A stretch of DNA of 63,827 bases, filler included, from Diploschistes diacapsis (GCA_023645945.1; 6 parts of 6 records of this genome joined end to end with filler, not necessarily neighbours in it); one strand, 5' to 3'. Positions 33,996 to 47,310 are shown, numbered from the whole stretch's first letter. Made by a program: numbers and translations. The notes: a model not told the origin generated them from the letters alone.

Positions 33996-35119
33996 ATCTG
34001 AATCACGAAATGAAGCATGACCGCTGGCTGCACTGCTTGAAGCCGCGCCGCCGCCAATACGATTTGGAAGGATATGGGATAAGCATGGCTAGAGAGGCGC
34101 GGAGTCAGGGTGAAGCCATCAAGTCTGAAATGCACTTTCTGCCCTAATAACTAAGCTTAAAAGAACTAAGCCGAGCCACAAGATTACCGTTAAACAGGCG
34201 CGCAGGGCAATGAGAGCCTACAAAGCGTCTGATCTGAGGCCACTATAAGAACAGCCTAGCTCCAATTCTAAGAAAAAGGGAAGTTGCTCAAAAGTCGCGC
34301 TGCTTCTTAGCAAACAACATGCGGATTTACCAATTAATCTAAGAAGAAAGCCACCGGCATCGCCATGATGCAGGCCGCCTTTAGAAGATGATGGCTCGTC
34401 TTTTCTTAAGTAAGGGAGAGGTTCGAGGTGGTCTGATTCCCATGATCTTTACAATCCAGGAGCACATACTATTGCTTGCTGGCTTTGAATAACTTAACGA
34501 AGCATGTGAAGCATAGTTAACAACAAGAGAGCTGCCTGTGTTCCTACCGGTCCTGTTCAGCGGCTTTACACATCAACATGATCCGAAGCGATGAGGTACT
34601 GGAGACCTTGCCTTAGGTCGGATTGTACATATTAAGCCTTCCTCGGGAATCTGCTTCTCAAGCCTCAGCGAGATAAAGATTCGATCTGGCGACCCAAACG
34701 ACAGAGCCTTGCTCAACGCTCCCCCTGGTAATCCTTTACGTGTGGTTACTGATTCGGGAGATCTTTGATGAGACGAGACAAGAGAACAGGAGAGGGTGTT
34801 TCCGATGACGTCACAGCCAGAAGGTCAAATCTGAGTGTTTCCAGCAAAACCAGCAGTTGTTTTTGCTCTCCGGATTAAAGTCAGTCGTTTGGACTTTGGG
34901 TCAGCTAAATTCGGTCTCTCAAGTCTCGGATTTGGTTTCTTATTTACACTTCTCTTAGCGCTATGTTCATGACTCTGGTATTCCGGAGTTATGGCCACCA
35001 AATCCCGACCCTTTAACTCCGCTTTGACCATTACGCCTTGATCTCATGGATAACTAAATGCATTTAAGCATTTCTGTCACTTGCATGAATCGAATCTTAA
35101 CCCCCAAGTATTCAGATAC

Positions 35120-36215
35120 ATGAACTCGATTCGCACTACCTCAGCACGCTTGCCATCAGTTCTTTCTCAAAGCACTCAACTTCGCCCACGGACCCGAGGG
35201 CTTGCCACAATGGCCAAGTACGCGCTTCAAGACACTGTTCCCTTGCCTCCCACCAACACTCCAATTCCGCGTCTTGGCCTCGGCGTGTACAAGGCAAAGG
35301 GCTCGAAATGTGCAGCAGCTGTTTCCGCTGCGCTCGAGCACGGCTATCGCCATGTAGATACTGCTCAGGTAAGCATATTACTGTAAGGAGTTTAAGGATG
35401 CTTTGACTAACCCGACTCTTAGGGGTATGGTAACGAAGCTGAGGTGGGTGAGAGTGTTCGTCAGTCAGGGCTTCCCCGCGAGCAAGTTTTTGTCACAACA
35501 AAGATTCTGTCGCCGGCTGGTTCCCCCGAGAAGACTTATGCGGCGTTGAAGGGTAGTGTTGAGAAACTAGGATTGGGGTACGTTGATTGCTACTTGATTC
35601 ACACGCCCGGCTCCGGACTGGAAGGACGGAAAGAGCTGTGGGCTGCACTGGAGAAGCTCCAAAAGGAGGGCCTGAGCAAGACTATTGGTGTCAGTAACTA
35701 CGGGGTGCACCATCTCAAGGAGATGAAGGAGTACGCAAAAAGCTACCCCCCGTGCTTGAATCAGATCGAGGTAAGTAAAAGCAGGGCATAAGGGTAGCAT
35801 TCGGAAAATTACTAACTCCTGTAAGCTGCACCCGTGGTGTCAGCAGAGAGATATCACCTCCTACTGCGAGCAAGAGGGTATCCCCATTGAAGCTTACTCT
35901 CCACTTGTCCGGCAGCAGAGAGCCGACGATCCCGATCTAAACAGTGTTGCGGAGAAATGTGGAAAGACGACGAACCAGATTCTTGTCCGATATGCATTGC
36001 AAAAAGGCTGGATTCCACTGCCAAAGAGCGAAAGTCCAGAGCGCATCGCGGCGAATGCGGACGTGTTTGGCTTTGAGATTCCGGAAGTTGAGATGCAGAG
36101 GCTTGATGCCTTGGATCAAGGGCGTGAAGGTGCGTACAGTTGATTTTCCGCCAAGCTGAACTTGCTAAGGATCTGATTAGGAGCCATCGCCTGGACGCCT
36201 CAATTCGGGCCTTGA
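35120..36215 (+). CDS. Aldo-keto reductase (AKR5/2,5-diketogluconate reductase-like)
   Basis: LGLGVY, GYRHVDTAQ/GYGNE, VFVTTK, YLIH, IGVSNY, NQIE/LHPW, AYSPL, PLPKS. Introns 35369-35422, 35771-35825, 36130-36180. Second in-frame ATG at 35210. Confidence 0.92.
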
Positions 36216-37571
36216 ACGTGAAGCCTTTGAGTTTGTCTAGAAGGGATATTGAAGGTTGGTTCGGAATTAAATCATCCACTCCAAGCAAATTCTTCGACAT
36301 GATTTTTCCCACCGCGATTATCGTTCCTATCTCATCTCTCGACGACAATGTGCGTCATCTTTGGGACGAAGTTTGCCGTTCTTTCCCATTTCCCCCCCAA
36401 ACCGGACGCTGTACCTCTTCAGCTCTCGTAGTCCCGCTACGGGTAGAGAATTTCTCCATTCTTTAGTCCCAATACTCATTCCGTGTTTTATGTTGCAGTT
36501 GGGAAAACTATATATGGTTACCTGCACATCTGGTGCTAGGTAAGGTTATCAAGTCCCCGAGAAATTGACATCCGTGAGCTCGACATCCAGTTATGAGGCC
36601 CATGGCCAGCTCACATTGACTTTCCAGGCCTTTGCGAAGGCTCCCGAATACCAAGGACAGTTAGGCTATCATGCTACACGTCTGGCACATTGTTGGGGCA
36701 GATTAGGGTATTCCACTTTGGTCCCATGCGCACCGTGCAAGTGCAAGCATACAATTTGGAAGGCTCACCTTAATTGCAGGCCACTCGATGTTTGCCAACT
36801 CATAGGCATCTGCGCTGGGAACTGCGACCGTGTCGCAATTGAAACTGTCACACGGACCTTTTCTTGTGTCAGCAGCCTCGATCTGCGCTTGCACCGGCTT
36901 GTCCGTTCCTGGGAACGATTTTTATGGTGGCTTGCAACAATGCGATACATGTAGCGAACGGATATGCAATCATAACCATTACGGGGCGAAGGCTAGATCA
37001 TGTGTCATGATGGGATACTGGCGTGATGCAGGTGGCTCGTGGTTACAGCATACAGGGACAGCCCCGGGAGCGTTGGTAATCGCATGCTTAATGGTTCGAA
37101 CCGGTTGACCGTATGCGGACTCAGCAGGATCGGCTCAAGGTGATACAGGTCTGTACTGGTCGAGTGCTCAACCGTTGCAGCACGTTGGCCCTCGTTGCGG
37201 GCTTCATAATCGGTTTCGCGAGTAAATGCTTTTAATCCCATTCACATCGATTACTACAACTGCCGAGCATCGGGATAGCAAGCAGGATGTCATATCATCT
37301 TCAGCGCTTGGCCCCGCAGCCATGGAAGATATCAATTGACATTTTGGGCACCGTTAATTCCACTTTCTGATCTCACGAAAAACAAGACCGCCTGGCACAT
37401 CATAAGTGTCTCGATTTGCCATGGACAAAGATGAAGCAACTCGATAGCTGTCCTCTACACCATAAAAGCGTCCTTTGCCCACTTGACGTTTCGAAGATGA
37501 ATAACCGAATTTACATACCTAAAGGCTGCGTCTCTTCGCCGCATAAGCCCGACTCAAACCCAGATAAAGTC

Positions 37572-37806
37572 ATGTCGCTCTCAGTTGAAGCCATTCTCAC
37601 GCTCATCGGTCTCTTCCTTAATCTTCCCCCCAGCGCTGTTAGTTTTTTGGAAGCGGTGCAAGTATAGAACTTCACCCAACTGCGAGATTGAAGGTCGCGT
37701 GGTAAGCTCTTTGCAACCTTACCGGAAACTGATGGCTGCAGATGTCGCGATCAACGAGCTCCCCAAGTACTTCTCTATAGGTACGGAGGCGGGGGTGCGG
37801 AGTTGA
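37572..37806 (+). pseudogene. Small putative membrane-anchored protein gene with an apparent +1 frameshift
   Basis: MSLSVEAILTLIGLFLNLP then, after removing one C from a C6 run (~37626-37631), PALLVFWKRCKYR. Followed by a probable intron. Family identity not certain. Confidence 0.35.
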
Positions 37807-40186
37807 TGATCCATTCCGCGTAGCATATGCATGGCAAAGACGACCAGTGTTGATCAATGAACCCCCGGAAGACACTTTGGATGTATGTTTAGTCAGACAG
37901 ATTTTTGCCTGCCACTTGTGGGGACATTGGATATGCATTCTTGCTAGAGTCCAGGCGTCGGAATTCTAATTCAAACGAACGAGCTTGAACTGTATGACTA
38001 CCGTATCCCATTGGTAACGGAATGTAACGCCATGCAAGGGAATCCTGTCAGATTCGGGGCTGACTGAAGAGACCTTACAGGGCATTAATAGCAATCATAA
38101 CATAAAGTTGCAACTTTTACCGCCACATGGGATCACGATAGTCTGCAACACCGATGGGCGATTTCTTAACAGTGACGGCAGCGAATTCATGCGGAAAACG
38201 CCAGGGATTATTATGAAGTCTCGTCGTCCACTGGTTCCAGCTACTCTTCTGGTTGTTTGTAACTGTCATGTTCAGTGTAGGCTATGTGTGACTGCTGGGT
38301 ACAGGCAGTTGAGATACAGTCAAGCAGAGCGCTCTTACGGACGAGGCCTCGACAACCCTATGCCTGTCTTTCCGTATCCATGAGAATCGAGGCTATTGAG
38401 TTAACAGTCATGAGAATGAGCCAGATGGAAAGACACGGTCGAGTCACTCGTACGAAATCACTTGTTGACGAGACTGCCACAATATTTACAATTTGTGTCC
38501 ATTCACCCTCAAGCCGTTATTAGACCAGGCTCGCAGGAATCGAATCTCGGGACTATACTATTGAATCACCTCTCTGGCTTCGTCTTGGGATCCAGAGCAA
38601 GCTAGATTGAGATGCTCCACGCCAGATCCACGTACGGCATATCAAAAGTTCAAGCATGATTCACCATCTACAAGCCTCGCTGCAGGTAATCGCGGCCGCA
38701 TTCTGATTTCTTGGAGCCGCGATCCAGTGTAATGTGTGTTCGTATTAAGAAAAAAGAGAGATCAAAGCGCACTAGACTACGTTGAGGCGAAGCATGCTAT
38801 CACTATCAACTGTGAAGCTCAAGGACAATACTAAGTTCGGCCTCTTTCGGCGCTACTGGCACGGGCCCACTAATAGAGTTCAAGTTGACGTTTCCGCTAT
38901 GCGAGATGGTGTGGTCCAGACTAGGCTCCATAGCCACCTTGCACGGGGCAGGTGCTTCCAACCCCACCTGAAGCTTTGATGTTCAGGCAGGCACGGGTTC
39001 TCATCACGGAACGGGAGCTCGATATTCTCATACCTGTTCACACTCACCACGTTGACGACTGCAAATTAGTCATTTCCATGAGTGCACGATTACACTTTGG
39101 AAATCTAGATGCGCTTTGGGGATCTGCCAGGTGAGTTGAGAGTCCTCTGCTGCTCTATTTAACGGGCGCTCCGCTCATCACTCTCTCAATGCTGTATTCA
39201 ACTACTCCATCCAAAATCGCCTCTCTTCTCAAGTCCACAAAAGTTCAGCCAAACGAAGTCATGTCGCTCTGATCGGTCGCGGCTTCAACCTTCATTTTTG
39301 GGTGCTTTCGCCCGTGTAGGGCAACAACCCATCGCGCACTCGAAGGTTGTATAGCGCATTACTTCAATATGACCTAAAGCATGAGCTTCCAAAAACGGTG
39401 TCAGTGCGAGAAGTAAGGCTCGGTTGCGTGGTTGGATAGATTTAAATCAACGGTTTTGACTATGAACAGAGGATCTGTGGAGGATATCATTGTGTACATA
39501 GGATCTAGATACCACACGACTGCTGCGACCTTACTAACTGCACAGTTTATAATTTTATCTCCCTGGGGATTATTGTGAATAATATAACGTTAAACTCTTC
39601 GCCCGTTCAAGACGCTAACTAGAATAACTAGAAATATTTTCCTGAAAGGGAGCTAGCGCTAGGGCTTAAGCGGGACCAGACGGAGATAGCGCTGCTTAGC
39701 AGGGAGATGCTTTCCCTGGCAAATCCTTCGAATCAACTACCGAAGAAGCATGCTAGAAGTTGAGCTTAAGAGTTCATGAGCTTGGGTGAGCTTGCCCTGA
39801 TCGCCAACTGTATTTGATTCGTGTGGGAGAGTCAGAAATGTAGGATGAGAGGCATGTTTTGCGCATGCACTTTGTGCCTGATTCGACGCTTGGGTTCTGA
39901 ATTGGCTAGGCCCCAGGAACACATTGGGGCATAGTCTTGAAGCTCAAGAACGAAAGTATTGCAAAGTGTCCGGGGTCTCGTTCCCTTACAAACCGGTAGA
40001 GTGCTCCTTAAAGAAAGCCGTCCCGTTATACAAGCGCAGATAGCTCCGATAAATCGGAAAAACAAAATCCCCCGTGCTTCCGCCGCTCAATTCCCCCCAT
40101 GTTCTGTGGGGCTGTCGCATTTCACTGATTTGCCGTGCGAGGAGCTTGATCTTGAACAACGGCAAGCACAGATTCGAAGCGCAACC

Positions 40187-41630
40187 ATGGCCGAGGCACC
40201 CATAGGTACGTGAGTCCCATTGGTAACGTTGAATACTCGCGGCTTACGTTGTTGCGCAGTCCTCGATGGCGGGACGGGGTTCCTCAAGGTCGGATATGCC
40301 GCGCAGGTACGAAGCCGCACCACACATGCCGTGGACGCTGCCTACAGCAGGCTCATGCTACGAGTTAGAACTTCCCGGAGCACCAGTACCCTTCAATTGT
40401 CGGAAGACCCATCCTTCGTTCAGAAGAGCGTGCAGGGGATATTGTGGTGAAAGATATTATGTGCGGAGATGAGGCCGCGGCGGCGAGGTCCATGCTGCAA
40501 ATCAGCTATCCTGTAGGTCTAGCAGCATCACGCGCTTTATAAGGGACGCGTAGCTCACCCGGACCGCTCAGATGAACAATGGTATTGTGCAGAAGTGGGA
40601 CGATATGGAGCATCTCTGGGATTTCACATTCGCCGAAAAGCTGAAAATCAACCCTGCTGGCCGAAAGATCCTCCTTACAGAGCCTCCTCTAAATCCACTG
40701 AAAAACCGAGAGCGGATGTGCGAGGTCATGTTCGAAAGGTACAACTTCGGTGGCGTCTACGTTTCGATACAAGCGGTGCTTGCTCTGTACGCCCAAGGGC
40801 TGAGCAGCGGCGTCGTGGTCGATTCTGGCGATGGAGTTACGCATATTGTCCCGGTCTACGAATCTACCGTCCTCAACCATCTCACCAGACGCCTCGATGT
40901 CGCTGGCCGGAATGTCACAAGCAACCTGATCGCCCTCCTTCTGCGCCGTGGTTACGCACTCAACCGAACAGCCGATTTTGAAACCGTGAGACAGATTAAA
41001 GAAAAGCTTTGCTACGTCAGCTACGATCTTGAGCTGGACAAAAAGCTCAGTGAAGACACAACAGTGCTCGTTGACTCGTATACTCTACCAGATGGTCGAG
41101 TGATTCGAATAGGAAGCGAACGATTCGAGGCTCCCGAATGTTTGTTCCAGCCTCATCTGGTCGACGTGGAACAGCCCGGCATAGCGGAGTTTCTGTTCAA
41201 CACTATCCAAGCCGCTGATGTTGATATTCGAAGTAGTCTGTACAAGGCGATTGTTCTTAGTGGAGGCAGCAGCATGTATCCCGGCTTACCATCTCGAATG
41301 GAAAAGGAACTGAAGCAACTATGGCTGACAAAGGTCTTGGGAGGAAATCCAGAACGACTGAATGCAAGTCGTCTGCTCGCTGCCTTCGCATCACCAAGCT
41401 AACAGCTAGCCAGAAATTCAAGGTGAGGATAGAAGACCCGCCACGGCGGAGACACATGGTTTTTTTGGGAGGTGCAGTGCTTGCGAATATTGTATGTTAC
41501 CAATTTTTCAAGTGTCTTCATGATAGTATCTGACCGCGACAAGATGTCAAATCAACCGCAGATGTGGGTTTCGAAGGAAGAATGGCAGGAGCAAGGGCCA
41601 AGGGCTTTGGAGAAATTCGGAGGACGATAG
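40187..41630 (+). CDS. ARP2: Actin-related protein 2 (Arp2/3 complex)
   Basis: [80 protein letters not shown]. Five introns, one GC-AG (41364-41413). Confidence 0.97.
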
Positions 41631-41821
41631 CTCCTACTCCTTCGCCCCCCATATATATCTTATTTGGTGTTCAGTAGGTCCTGAACCGGGGTCACTGTTT
41701 GGCAGGCTATCATGAGGGAGCTTTTCGAGTGGAGGGCTCCACATGACGCTTGCTCCCCACGTATTACCAAAGACAAAATCTAGGAAGTTATTGAGCATGG
41801 GCTACAAACATTGTATCCATC

Positions 41822-42549
41822 ATGACTCTGTACAAAATCCTGATCATCAATCCGAATACGACTGCGTCGATGACTGACGCCCTGATGCCTATTGTAGAAG
41901 GTTTAGACTATAACAATGTAAAGATCTTGTTTCCTTCTCTACCTTCAATATTTGCCCCACTCGGTCGAGACGCTCCTCAAGCACTCAAGCCTTCGGACTT
42001 CGCTCCAGGAGAACATGACATTATCGTCGGCACAGTTATCTGCATACTTCGAATTGGGAGGGGAGCGACACCGTTATTGTCGCTGCCATCCTTTCCCCTC
42101 CCGAGGGAAGACAATGAGGGATTGTTAGAAAACCGGTAGCACGACACACCCCGCATTGCGACATATTGGGTGAAGTTTGGGTACAAGGACGGAACATCAG
42201 CTGCAGCCGCACTGACCGGCTCCCCCTGGGTCTTCCAGTGACTGACTCCTCTTATCTGCGCCAGACGTCCTACACCTACCTAACCAACCCCTCCCCCGAC
42301 GGCCCGGCCTCGATCAACTCCCCCGAAGACGGCATCCTCTCCACGGAGACCATCCTCCCGCACCTCATCCCCCTCCTCCCAGCCCACGACGCCTTCCTCG
42401 TCGCCTGCTACAGCCCGCACCCGCTCGTCGCGCGCCTGCGCTCCCTCCTCCTCCTCCAACCCCCAGCTCCCTCACCATCTTCTTCTTCCGCGCCCAACAC
42501 CGACACCGACAACGACGCCCCGCCCCCGCCCAGACGCAAGCCAGTAACC
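41822..42549 (+). CDS. Asp/Glu/hydantoin racemase family protein (DCG1-like), 3'-truncated by contig end
   Basis: ILIINPNTTASMT; after intron 41918-42264, GPASIN and DAFLVACYSPHPLV. Confidence 0.85.
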
Positions 42550-42649
42550 NNNNNNNNNNNNNNNNNNNNNNNNNNNNNNNNNNNNNNNNNNNNTTAATTA
42601 ATTAANNNNNNNNNNNNNNNNNNNNNNNNNNNNNNNNNNNNNNNNNNNN
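42550..42649. other. Artificial contig spacer
   Basis: N44-TTAATTAATTAA-N44. Confidence 0.99.
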
Positions 42650-42741
42650 TACAGCACGCTTTCCTCCACCCCCCCCTTCCTAAAGCCTCGGCCCTCGCCC
42701 TTCGCCGAATATCAGGTGCTGATGCTATCCGATCCCTTTTG

Positions 42742-44051
42742 CTACTTACTGGACAGCGCAGAAACACCGGGCAGGTCCTTCCCTTCAAGCAGCTCAAGCG
42801 ACGCACCGCCTCCCGTCGACACATGGCTCAGCTTGTCCTCGACGCCATACTTGGCCGCCACTGTTGCCGTGTCTCCGCCACCAATGATGACGATCTTGCC
42901 GTTCTGCGCCGCCTCGACCGCCGCATCTAGTGTCGCCTTTGTGCCCTTGGAAAAAGCATCGAACTCGAACAGACCTGGTGGTCCGTTCCAGAGGATCGTC
43001 TTGGCTTCGCTAATGGCCTCCTTATACAGCTTTAAGCTCTCCTCCCCGTCATCCAGACCCATCCAGCCGTCGGGTATGCCCTGCTCGTCCGTTGCGTGTC
43101 CCGTCTTCGCGTCCTTGTCGAACTTATCCGCCGTGACGTAGTCTACCGGCAGCACGACCTTGACATTATTCTTCTTGGCCTTCTCTATCAGATCACCGAC
43201 CGTCTTACTGCCCGCCTCGTCGAACAGACTGTTCCCGATCTTAACATTATACAGCGTCTTCTTGAATGTGAACGCCATGCCGCCGCAGATTATCAGAGAG
43301 TTGACTTTTGTGAGGAGGTTGTCGATGAGCTGGATCTTATCGGACACCTTGGCGCCACCCAGTATGGCAAGGAAGGGGCGTTGTGGGTTCTCAAGGGCTT
43401 GCGCAAAGTAGTCGAGTTCTTTTTTGACAAGGAAGCCCGAGGCTTTTTGCGGTAGGTCGACGCCGACCATTGAGCTGTGCGCGCGATGCGCGGTGCCAAA
43501 GGCGTCGTCTGACCGGAGCGTTAGCACTCTGCCGGGGAGAAATCCCGGTTCAAGATTGACGCACTGATGTAGACATCCCCTAGCGCTGTAAGTCCCTTCC
43601 TGAACTTCTCCACGTCCGCCTTGTCCGCCTTGACCTTATTCCCGTCCTTATCCTTGCTGCTCCCCTCCTCTTCTGCATGAAACCGCAGATTCTCCAGCAG
43701 GATGACCTCCCCGCCGCTCGCCTTGTTGACGGTCTCCTCCACCTCCGGCCCTACGCAATCGTTTGTGAGGACGACCTTTTTGCCCAGCTGCTTCTCCAAC
43801 TCTGGGACGACCGGTTTCAGCGAGTATTTCTCATTTCGCTTCCCGTCCGGGCGGCCGAGGTGCGACATGAGGACGACGGCCTTGGCGCCATGGTCAATGG
43901 CGTATTTGATTGTGGGCACGGCGCCGACGATGCGTTGGTTGTTGGTGACATGCTGGTCGGCGTCAAGGGGTACGTTGAAGTCGACGCGGATAAGCACGCG
44001 CTTGCCTTTGAGGTCGACGTCGGTTATGGCGAGCTTGTTGGAGAGAGACAT
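42742..44051 (-). CDS. PGK1: Phosphoglycerate kinase
   Basis: [66 protein letters not shown]. Intron 43564-43509. Confidence 0.99.
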
Positions 44052-44674
44052 GTTCGGGTTTGGCGTGCTTGGTGAGATAAATTGGCTTGGAGGATTCGCA
44101 GAGGGCTGTGTCGAATTATGGGTCAATGAGGCTCTGGTGGGGGTCGGCAAGCATGAGATTTGTTTTAGTGGGGCAGAGCTGTCACGGTGACGAAGGGTTG
44201 GGCAAGGGGTTTCCTTTGGGTTCTTAACCTTACACTGTCTCGCGATGTAATTTCAATCAAAGAGAGGTTAACAACATTGAAGGGCTGTAAATTGATGGTA
44301 TCGGTCAGACGGGTACTTCCTACATGGGAATTGACCAGAAAAACATGGCAGCCGGCGCATCTAATGACACCGCAGTAGAGGAAACAGAGCACCAAGGTAT
44401 GTGCGAATCTTGTTCAACGATAAATGGTTCGCATATAAATTGACACTGCGCCTTGTATCCTGTTCATGGTTCCAAGCATAGAACCAAGTTGATACCACAA
44501 CCCTTTCATAGGGAAAAACTACCAGAGACTTCCAAAGCCCAGTAACACCGAGTAAACATGCTCAAGTTAGGATTCAGTGTGGCCCGCCCAGAACCCGCGA
44601 CGCCATCCATGCAAAACCGCACAACCGCATAGCACATAGTTTTAATTGTGCTCTATTGATGAACCTGCTGTTTA

Positions 44675-45523
44675 TTATATCTTCTCTGTCTCCGAGGAAT
44701 TGCTAAGACTTAAGTAGCAAGTCCAAATAATACCGATACTAGAGACGAATGGCTGCTCGGTATTAGTATATATGCCTCGAAAACCATGGATGAATAACTA
44801 ACAATCTGGAACTGAACTGGAATGACCCTGAAGTTGAGAATCTGCACAGTAGGCCATATCATCCAGTTAGCCTTCAGTGACGGCAGGTAAATATCCTGAA
44901 ATTTCTTGCTGATCGCCCGACGTCCACCTCCTTCGGCAACGGTCATGAAAGTAAAGAACGTTGCCAAACCGAGCGGAGCAAATATCAACTGGTCGCATGC
45001 CATTCTTTTGAAGGCCGGCAAAGTCCCAGAAGCCTTTGTGACGGGAAAAGCCTTCGACAAGAAAGAGAACCAATGAAACTGGACGGGTGACATGATAAAA
45101 CCATAAGCCATGAATCTGGTCAACCTCTCAAAGTCGAAAGGTGGCGGCTGGTCTCTGGTGTTTGGAACGTATTCGTACTGCGGCAAGGCACTCTTCTTGT
45201 CTATGTCTCTGATCTCAACAGATACCATTTGGTCCTTTGCAGAGCTTTCACGTCGCTTGGATGCCTGTCGCATACGGAACGATGTAAGGGTTTGGGCGCA
45301 AGTGTCGGCTATTCCTCCAAGAATCTACCAGATATGAGCTTCAACCCTTTCTATTATCGTAGTGGTCTATAGCAAATTGGCTCGCTTACAGCGTTGGTGA
45401 TCATGATGGTAAGGACTACAGGATCTGTCAGCAAAGCGAAGCCAGATGCTGTGTCGCAGCCATACCTGGTTTATCAGCGTAGTAAGAGTTGAATTTGGCT
45501 GCAAGCCTAGCTGTGATGCCCAT
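44675..45523 (-). CDS. Mpv17/PMP22 family membrane protein (SYM1-like)
   Basis: FNSYYADKP/VLTIMITNA/ILGGIADTCAQ, FDFERLTRFMAYG, DQLIFAP, NWMIWPTVQILNF, PFVSSIGIIW.CYLS. Three introns. Confidence 0.9.
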
Positions 45524-46928
45524 TTCGATGAGAAATATGATGGTGTGAACGAGAGGCTGTTTAAGAGAAAAATCAGTCTCTTGATTTGATGTAGGAGGGC
45601 GTGCAGTTGTCAAAAGGGCCACTAGTGAGATGCCATATTTAAAGGTAGTATGACAAGGTAATGAAGGTACAGTTCTTCAAAGGTACTGACCAGTCTTCCG
45701 TAGATGTATCTCGAGTTCAAAGCAGCCAACGCCGACCGACGGGTCGATTCCATAGTGATGGATTCGTTGCCAGAGGTTCAAGGGGGGTTTTAAGACGAGA
45801 AGGCGGCCTCGCCCAAGTCAAGCCGACCGTGACCTTTCTGGCGGATGGAAACGAAGCTCCCTTCGGAACGAATGGCAATGTCTCGAGAAATCAAGAGTCA
45901 GCATATATTATTGAACCACTTGATTCTAAGAGTTTGGGAAGTTGAATGGGAAGCAGCCACCTACTCATGGATGATGTGCCGCATGAACGAATAATGAGGC
46001 ATTCAGCCCTACGCGTTCCAATCACAAAAAGGCAGCAACGAAAGAAGTGTATATACTACTATGTTACTATTTTATCTCAAAGCGCCTTTTACAATGATAA
46101 GCTACTCTCGAAGCTTCACATATTGGTTGTTTATCTCGTCCTACTGCCATGTCCTTCGAACAGGTATAACCTATGAATGAATTCGAGTATCGCAAGAATG
46201 AAAAGACGCATAAGAATAAATTCTTCTTTTACTTGCCACCCAGCTCGTTCCTCATTTATCAAGTTTTTTTCTGTTCTAATTCGACTTATCTCATGAATTT
46301 CTGAGCGAGCTCGTTACTTTCAAGCTTTATTGGCAATTGTAAACTGCTTGCTCAGTCTGCTCGTGGAATTCGGTCCACTGTGCTATGCGAACACGCCTCT
46401 GTTCCTGGAACATTGCTGAAGAAGGTTAATTCAGCTTCCGACTTCAATGAACGATAAAAGGAGCTCTGGCGATATTGAGTACGAAGTTGAAAGCAAGGTT
46501 TGGAGACCAATGCTTGTAATATGGTCCTGTCTGAGGTTCGCAAGTAACGGAACGACAATGTGTCTCTTCCTACCTTTTTCTATACCGCATGCTGCATATA
46601 GGTTTGCTTGGTGTCTTGAACCCAGCTTAGTTGCGAAATCCACAAGAGCCTATCTTGGTGCATTGAAACAGACTGCTATGCTATGATGGGTAAGTGGTTG
46701 CAAGTTGTAACGTCCCCGAAGTCCGAGGAACTTTGCCCAATGGGCCGTTGCATCACTTATATAGGTCATCTACAAGGCTTTACTATAAAACCCATGACAG
46801 AGACCGCACACTGTGGCTCATTATGTGTTATCATCAGCCACACTTGCGTCAGGCCGCATGTAGTGAGCATGGCTGTGCAGCCAGCATTTATCGAAAGCAC
46901 GGACGGGGAGTATTTCACATACTATTCC

Positions 46929-47008
46929 CATATTCCCCCTCATATTCCCCCATATTCTCTATTCCTCCAAGATGTGGCTTGAAGTGGCTTGAAGTGGCTT
47001 GAAGTGGC
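46929..47008. repeat. Two short tandem repeats: ~3x CATATTCCC-like and 3.5x GTGGCTTGAA
   Basis: Read directly at 46929-46957 and 46974-47008. Confidence 0.85.
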
Positions 47009-47270
47009 AACTCAGCTTTTCCCTTCATCCAAAGGGTTCAATTGCAAGCACAATATACAATATTCAAACCATCGTTCATATCTTGAAACTCTACCATTTT
47101 CTTCTGACCTATATAGCCTGGGACTTTTTGATGCTCTCAAACAGAGTAATGTAATGCGCTCTGTAGCATATGCTGTACTCTGTGCTTCAGAAGCCTTTGC
47201 GCGCCAATTAACCATCAACGGTAGAATGTAGTATGACCTCATAAGGGATATCGTGATATCGTCATGTTTC

Positions 47271-47310
47271 CTCTTTTTCTTTTTCTTCTTCTTCTTCTTC
47301 TTCTTCCTTC
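47271..47310. repeat. (TTC)n / polypyrimidine microsatellite
   Basis: About eight TTC units upstream of the 47655 gene. Confidence 0.9.
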
